Source: Candidatus Omnitrophota bacterium (GTDB lineage Bacteria > Omnitrophota > Gorgyraeia > Zapsychrales > Fredricksoniimonadaceae). From it: a stretch of DNA of 64,000 bases. Made by a program: the position numbers and the translations under genes. The stretch is from the NCBI GenBank assembly GCA_015233145.1, contig JADFYI010000004.1:4821-68820 (forward strand). Direction: 5' to 3'. Of the stretch, positions 59,252-64,000 are shown one piece after another. Below the pieces are notes generated by a model that was not told where the DNA came from, searched no databases, and was given only the letters and a program-made list of their open reading frames with translations. Position 1 is the first letter of the stretch, and each line of letters starts with the position of its first letter.

Positions 59252-60655
59252 CTACGCATTATTTTTCTCTATTTTTGGTAATCTATAATATAAAGTCTTA
59301 ACGAGTTCTTTTTCTGATAGACCAACACCCAATACCTCATTACACCTCTTTAAGCCTTCTAATACACAATTTTGAAGCTGCGCATCTGGCATTGATGTCA
59401 TATTTAATCGCAAATCCTGACGATCTCCCATCAACAAGAGATATTCCTCCTCATCTTTAATAAACCCGTGCTGACGCGCATAATCATAGATGCTCGATCC
59501 GGGTTGAGGCAAAAGATACCCTGCGGATGGATAAATGCGGTTTTCAAGGCAACAATCAAATGTTTTCTTTATCGTCTGCGGCGTTTCCTGAGGATATCCG
59601 ATCACAAGGCTCGTAGAGACAGGGATCCCTGCCTTATGAAAAAGCTTTGTTTGGCGCGAAAAATGTGCTACGAGCACTTTCTTATTCATATCATGCAAAA
59701 TTCCTTCATCGGCAGACTCTAGCGAATACCCCATACTCTGACAGCCCGACGCTTTCATTTTGGCCATAATCTCAAGGTCTTCCTCTCGATCAAAAAGATT
59801 CGACCTGCAAGTGCCGCTCCAATAAAAATGCAACTTTTCATCTAAGATTGCATTTACCAATTCAAGCGTTTGTTTCTTTGAGAAAAATGTTAATTCATCC
59901 AATAAATAAATATGATTTAAAGAATACTTTTCAATCATAGCTCTCATCTCTGCCACTAAAGATGCTGCGGACCGATAACGATAAGGAACCCCTTTAAAAA
60001 CATGGTAACAAAAACCACAATTAGCAATACAACCGCGAGCGGTATTAACTGGCAGCCCACGCACCTGTTCTCTGGGAATAGGAAGAGGATCCGAGGGATA
60101 AACTTTGGAATACTCTATGTATTTATCAACATTAAATATTGAAAAATCAATCGGAGGGATAATGGAAATATCCTCAATCAGCGCCCTCGGTTCCGTTGTT
60201 ACAACTTCTCCGCCATTTAAAAAACAAATACCCTTAACTTTATCCACAGGCCTCTTGGCAGAAATCTCATGCAAAAGCTCAACGACAGTCTGCTCACCTT
60301 CACCGATAACAGCGTAATCAACTGCCGTCCTGGTCAACAAAATATGCGGAATAGATGTCGCTACGGAATTACCCACAATAATCTTTGTCTGGGGATGTGC
60401 CGATTTAATAATTGCGGCATATTCTTTAATGGTTTTATACCCCGTCACGATACATCCCATACAAACAGCATCATACCGATTGCTTTTCAGAAAACTTTCT
60501 ACATAAGCTGGTGAATAACGTTCAACATCAATGTCTAAGAGATCAAAAGAAAACCCTGCATTCTTAATGGCTGTCGCCACGTAACCCAGTCCAATGGGAA
60601 ATAATCTTAACGGCGATTGGGGGCGAAGCGAGACGTTAATAACTAATATTTTCAT
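59252..60655 (-). CDS. B12-binding-domain radical SAM enzyme (class B, methylase-like)
   Basis: The N-terminal ~140 aa form a flavodoxin-like cobalamin-binding-type domain (MKILVINVS...FPIGLGYVATAIKNAG...DAVCMGCIVT). This is followed by ARGCIANCGFC (CxxxCxxC). Confidence 0.85.
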   Translation of the reverse strand: MKILVINVSLRPQSPLRLFPIGLGYVATAIKNAGFSFDLLDIDVERYSPAYVESFLKSNRYDAVCMGCIVTGYKTIKEYAAIIKSAHPQTKIIVGNSVATSIPHILLTRTAVDYAVIGEGEQTVVELLHEISAKRPVDKVKGICFLNGGEVVTTEPRALIEDISIIPPIDFSIFNVDKYIEYSKVYPSDPLPIPREQVRGLPVNTARGCIANCGFCYHVFKGVPYRYRSAASLVAEMRAMIEKYSLNHIYLLDELTFFSKKQTLELVNAILDEKLHFYWSGTCRSNLFDREEDLEIMAKMKASGCQSMGYSLESADEGILHDMNKKVLVAHFSRQTKLFHKAGIPVSTSLVIGYPQETPQTIKKTFDCCLENRIYPSAGYLLPQPGSSIYDYARQHGFIKDEEEYLLLMGDRQDLRLNMTSMPDAQLQNCVLEGLKRCNEVLGVGLSEKELVKTLYYRLPKIEKNNA

Positions 60656-60680
60656 TTCCGCACTCCTTACGACTTCATCT

Positions 60681-61415
60681 TTAGCAAGTTCTCATATTTA
60701 TGTTCACAAACGCTTCTGCCAATTTAAGACCCGACTGCTGTCCGCGTTGAGAGGCAAGTGTCTCAATAAATTCTACTGAACGAGGATGCGGCGACTTCCT
60801 CGCCTCACTCTCATAAACCTTCAGTGCCTTGAGCTTGGCCGGCAAACTCTTTGCAATGTCAACAAAATGATCCGGAATAAAATCAGCTCCTCGGCAAGGC
60901 ACGGAAAGGCATGTGCTTTCCGGAATCTCCATATGAAATACCGCAGTGTTCTTTTTACCCCAAGCCGGACGAAAAGCTGTAAGCACTGCCTGACATACCA
61001 ACTGATGGTCCTTATTAAAATCATTCCAAAAATGCGTATAAACTAAAGAAGGCTTAACCTTTTGTTTGACCATCTCCACATGTTTAACAACATCGAGAAA
61101 GGGATAACTATCCAGCCGCTGGTCGGCAAGGTTCATAAAAATAATATCCTTGGCGGCGACGCCTAAACTTGCACCGGCTTTTAACGCTTCTTTACGGCGG
61201 GATAAAATTGCCTTGTCATGGCGTGCCAACTCCTGAACCCGAGAAATTTTCTCCTGTGGATTGTACGCACGTGATGTGACTCCATCTGCCATAATCAGAA
61301 TTGTAACCCGATCACCATTCCTACGATGAGAGGCAATGGCACCACCACACCCCAGCACCTCATCATCAGGATGCGCCACCACAACCAATACTTTCTTTTT
61401 CTTTACCGGCGACAT
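60681..61415 (-). CDS. PIG-L/LmbE-family N-acetyl-sugar deacetylase
   Basis: KVLVVVAHPDDEVLGCGG (AHPDDE zinc motif), with DH and H.D motifs downstream. Confidence 0.85.
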   Translation of the reverse strand: MSPVKKKKVLVVVAHPDDEVLGCGGAIASHRRNGDRVTILIMADGVTSRAYNPQEKISRVQELARHDKAILSRRKEALKAGASLGVAAKDIIFMNLADQRLDSYPFLDVVKHVEMVKQKVKPSLVYTHFWNDFNKDHQLVCQAVLTAFRPAWGKKNTAVFHMEIPESTCLSVPCRGADFIPDHFVDIAKSLPAKLKALKVYESEARKSPHPRSVEFIETLASQRGQQSGLKLAEAFVNINMRTC

Positions 61416-62080
61416 ATGATTTCAGCCTCTGCTATAACCTTCTTACCTGCCAAACGAGCCTTGGAAAAATTAACTACGATGTGCTTAAAAGCCAAGAAGG
61501 CCCTGGGATAACCGGGGGCATCGAGCATACGGATATGATCATAAACCTTCTTTTCGCTCTTTAAGTTACCGATAGCTCCTTGTTGCGGTTTGCGGCGTTT
61601 GAAAACGACAACTTTCCCCTGCTGAGGCTTGGGAGAAACCCCGCCTTTAAGAATATCGGGAATCATTTTCTTAAAAACGATTTCTGACGCTCTAACCAAA
61701 ATATCCTCGGCTGTACCTGAAAGGCGCAGCATGGCCTTCCTGTAAACAGGGCCGGCATCAATCCCCTCCACCACTTTGATCGCAGATATTTTTGTCCAAT
61801 ACTGCCCCCGGACTATAAGATTCTGCAAAGGAGACCCTCCCCGTCCATACGGGAGATCCGTCATATGAAAAACGACACACTCATAACTCCTGAATATTTC
61901 CGGAGAGATATACCAGGACCAATGCGGAAAAAAAATGTAACGTGGCTGGTGTTTCCGCACAAAATCCGGCGTCAATCTTTTGGGGTCAGTCACCAGGACC
62001 ACGCCCCGCCGATGAGCCTTTAGCCACCTGGCATTCTTGATATTCCACGGATGTATTGTCGCAATAATTATTTTATCCAT
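61403..62080 (-). CDS. Formyltransferase-family protein, divergent (catalytic Asn position is Val)
   Basis: VVFHMTDLPYGRGGSPLQNLIVRG aligns with the N.H.SLLP..RG..P motif of FMT/PurN-type enzymes, but reads V-F-H instead of N-x-H. Start trimmed to ATG 62080 (the track start is TTG). Confidence 0.65.
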   Translation of the reverse strand: MDKIIIATIHPWNIKNARWLKAHRRGVVLVTDPKRLTPDFVRKHQPRYIFFPHWSWYISPEIFRSYECVVFHMTDLPYGRGGSPLQNLIVRGQYWTKISAIKVVEGIDAGPVYRKAMLRLSGTAEDILVRASEIVFKKMIPDILKGGVSPKPQQGKVVVFKRRKPQQGAIGNLKSEKKVYDHIRMLDAPGYPRAFLAFKHIVVNFSKARLAGKKVIAEAEIICRR

Positions 62081-62100
62081 CTTGCTTTCACCGTTATTGA

Positions 62101-62940
62101 TCAAAACCCTACCGGCTCAAAATCATCAAGTCTCACCGCGCATTGCCCGCAACGCACATACGTCAAATCCCCCCTTAAGAAAGGAATGCCAACGGTTTTA
62201 TTTTTATAAATTTTTTCATCAAAAATCTCTGTCACGCGCCATAAAAAATATTTCCGTCCGTTATTCAGGAAAAAAGCGCCCGGATAAGGCCTGGTTTGAG
62301 CGCGCACCCAATTAAAAACCTTACGAGAGCTCCAGCGCCAATCAATAAGGCCTTCTTGAGGTGTACGCTGGCAGCAATAAGTTCTCTTATTTAAATCCTG
62401 AGCCGTCCTCTTAAGATCACCTTGAACAAACATTAAAAAAACTTTTCTCAAAACAACAGGATAACGGCGGCTCATTTTCTTGATCAACGTCCCCCCGGTA
62501 TCGGTGTTTTCAATCAACATCTTTTCCTGATAGACAACAGGCCCGCAGTCGCAAGCCTCCACAATTTCATGAACCGTGATCCCCGTTTCAACCTCATCAT
62601 TGATGATCACCCACGTTACAGGTGTACGCCCCATATATTTTGGCAAAAGCGAATCATGAATATTGAGCGCAAGCTTCCTGGCCTTTTTAAAGATTACTGG
62701 AGGTAAAACAAAAAGATAATTCACTGACATAAGCACGTCAAAAGCCGGAAGCTTCCAAGACGCGGCGTTAATGCGCGGATTACCTTTAAATGCTGGAATA
62801 CCTAACTGTCCCGCCAGCTTAATAATCTCGCCAGAACGGCTGTCCACCAAGACCGCAACAATGCGGATACCCTTTATCTTGGCCAAAGTTTTAAAACCAA
62901 TAAGCCCCAGCCAGCCGGAACAACACGCCAACACTCGCAT
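62101..62940 (-). CDS. Formyltransferase (Fmt/ArnA-N/WbkC-like sugar N-formyltransferase candidate) with C-terminal domain
   Basis: LNIHDSLLPKYMGRTPVTWVIINDE has an intact N-x-H...SLLP..RG motif, with Asp further downstream. The C-terminal ~90 aa resemble the Fmt C-terminal domain. Confidence 0.8.
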   Translation of the reverse strand: MRVLACCSGWLGLIGFKTLAKIKGIRIVAVLVDSRSGEIIKLAGQLGIPAFKGNPRINAASWKLPAFDVLMSVNYLFVLPPVIFKKARKLALNIHDSLLPKYMGRTPVTWVIINDEVETGITVHEIVEACDCGPVVYQEKMLIENTDTGGTLIKKMSRRYPVVLRKVFLMFVQGDLKRTAQDLNKRTYCCQRTPQEGLIDWRWSSRKVFNWVRAQTRPYPGAFFLNNGRKYFLWRVTEIFDEKIYKNKTVGIPFLRGDLTYVRCGQCAVRLDDFEPVGF

Positions 62941-62942
62941 CT

Positions 62943-63989
62943 TTATCTCCTAATATCTGCTGAAGTCAGCGGGGTTCCCCGCTTCAATGCCCTTACAGCC
63001 CGTGCGCCTAATATTTTGGATAATTCCTGAGGGGAAAGACCGTTTCCTGGACGAATAACCCTAATATTATCCCGCGTAAAACTCTCACCCTGTTTTATGT
63101 CTTTAACAACAAATATTGAACGCCTGAACTTGACACTGCCTTTTTCATCAATGGTCTGCCCATAAAAAGGCTGGCCTATGGCCTTCTCGACCGTACGGAT
63201 ATCTTCGACCATCTTTTTAAACTCCGTTGGAGTCACGGAAAACGCCGCATCCGGTGAAAGATCCTCGCGGGAAAGCGTAAAATGCTTCTCAATAATTTTG
63301 GCACCCAAAGCTACAGCAGCAACAGCAACAGCTGAGGATAACGTATGATCTGATAAACCCGCAACAACTTGAAACTCCTTTTGCAAAGAAGGAATGCTCA
63401 TAAGATTCATTTCTTCCGGACTGGCGGGATAAGCGCTAACGCATTTTAAAAGCGCCACATCAGGAGCGCCGCTCCTGCGCAAAATCTCCACAGCATGAAA
63501 GATTTCTTTTTCTGAAGCCATTCCCGTTGATAAAATTACCGGCTTCCTTTTGGAGGCCGTATAAGCCAAAAGCTCATCGTCCACAAGCTCAAAAGAAGCA
63601 ATCTTGTAAACAGGGACATCCAGCTGTTCTAAAAAATCCACAGCCGTCTCATCAAATGGCGTTGAAAAGAAATCCAGCCCCAATTTTCCTGCTTCATTTT
63701 GCAACGGCTGGTGCCATTCCCACGGAGTATAGGCCTGCTGATAAAGTTGATATAAACTTTTCCCTCCCCATAAAGGATGGCTCCCTATTTGAAAATACTC
63801 ATTATCACAATCCATTGTCATGGTATCGGGCGTATACGTCTGCAACTTAATCGCGTCTGCCCCGGCATCCTTAGCAGCTCGAATTAACTTCAACGCCTTT
63901 TCAAAAGACTGTCCGTGATTAGCTGACATTTCTGCGATAATATAACAAGGACAACCTTCCCCAATTATTCGATTCTTAAGTTTAATCAT
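62943..63989 (-). CDS. pseI: Nonulosonic acid synthase of the NeuB family, most similar in motif content to pseudaminic acid synthase
   Basis: IIAEMSANHGQS (the SANH variant I associate with PseI rather than the NeuB pattern IGINH), AIKLQTYTPD, TPWEWH, YKIASFE, LKCVSAYPASPEEMNL, GLSDHT, IIEKHFTL. A C-terminal SAF domain is present (FVVKDIKQGESFTRDNIRVIRPG). Confidence 0.8.
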   Translation of the reverse strand: MIKLKNRIIGEGCPCYIIAEMSANHGQSFEKALKLIRAAKDAGADAIKLQTYTPDTMTMDCDNEYFQIGSHPLWGGKSLYQLYQQAYTPWEWHQPLQNEAGKLGLDFFSTPFDETAVDFLEQLDVPVYKIASFELVDDELLAYTASKRKPVILSTGMASEKEIFHAVEILRRSGAPDVALLKCVSAYPASPEEMNLMSIPSLQKEFQVVAGLSDHTLSSAVAVAAVALGAKIIEKHFTLSREDLSPDAAFSVTPTEFKKMVEDIRTVEKAIGQPFYGQTIDEKGSVKFRRSIFVVKDIKQGESFTRDNIRVIRPGNGLSPQELSKILGARAVRALKRGTPLTSADIRR

Positions 63990-64000
63990 GCTATTTCTTC

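Overview
Bacterial chromosomal window in which every credible gene lies on the minus strand. The long plus-strand ORFs in the track are antisense artefacts. I saw no rRNA, tRNA, CRISPR array, transposase or integrase.

Left part (about 1-17.2 kb), mostly housekeeping:
- the 5' ~2.4 kb of smc, which is open to the window edge and therefore absent from the ORF track
- a small excisionase-type HTH protein
- a tightly coupled 3-gene cassette: membrane/lipoprotein, radical SAM/SPASM enzyme, exported HExxH protein
- glgC
- a 778-aa polytopic membrane protein with C-terminal TPR repeats
- a complete Opp/Dpp-type ABC importer (binding protein, 2 permeases, 2 ATPases)
- secG-tpiA-pgk, behind a near-consensus sigma70-type promoter

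Right part (about 17.2 kb to the right edge, evidently continuing beyond it): one co-directional, mostly overlapping or translationally coupled surface-glycan locus of at least 47 kb. It contains:
- GDP-fucose genes (gmd, fcl)
- an initiating polyprenyl-phosphate sugar-phosphotransferase
- 11 GT-A/GT-B glycosyltransferases
- 6 SAM-methyltransferase domains
- 2 O-antigen-ligase/polymerase-like proteins and 3 GT-C-like polytopic proteins
- an acyltransferase and two deacetylases
- a DegT-type aminotransferase
- a nonulosonic-acid module: PseI-like synthase, CMP-sugar synthetase, DUF115/Maf-like protein
- two tandem formyltransferase homologues and a formamidase-like cyclase-family protein
- four radical SAM enzymes (three with SPASM/twitch-like Cys-rich C-termini, one B12-binding class B), which is the most unusual feature

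The best candidates for undescribed biology are the radical-SAM-rich tailoring of a nonulosonic-acid-containing glycan, and the separate rSAM/SPASM + HExxH + lipoprotein cassette. All functional calls rest on motifs I read in the translations. No database search was run.
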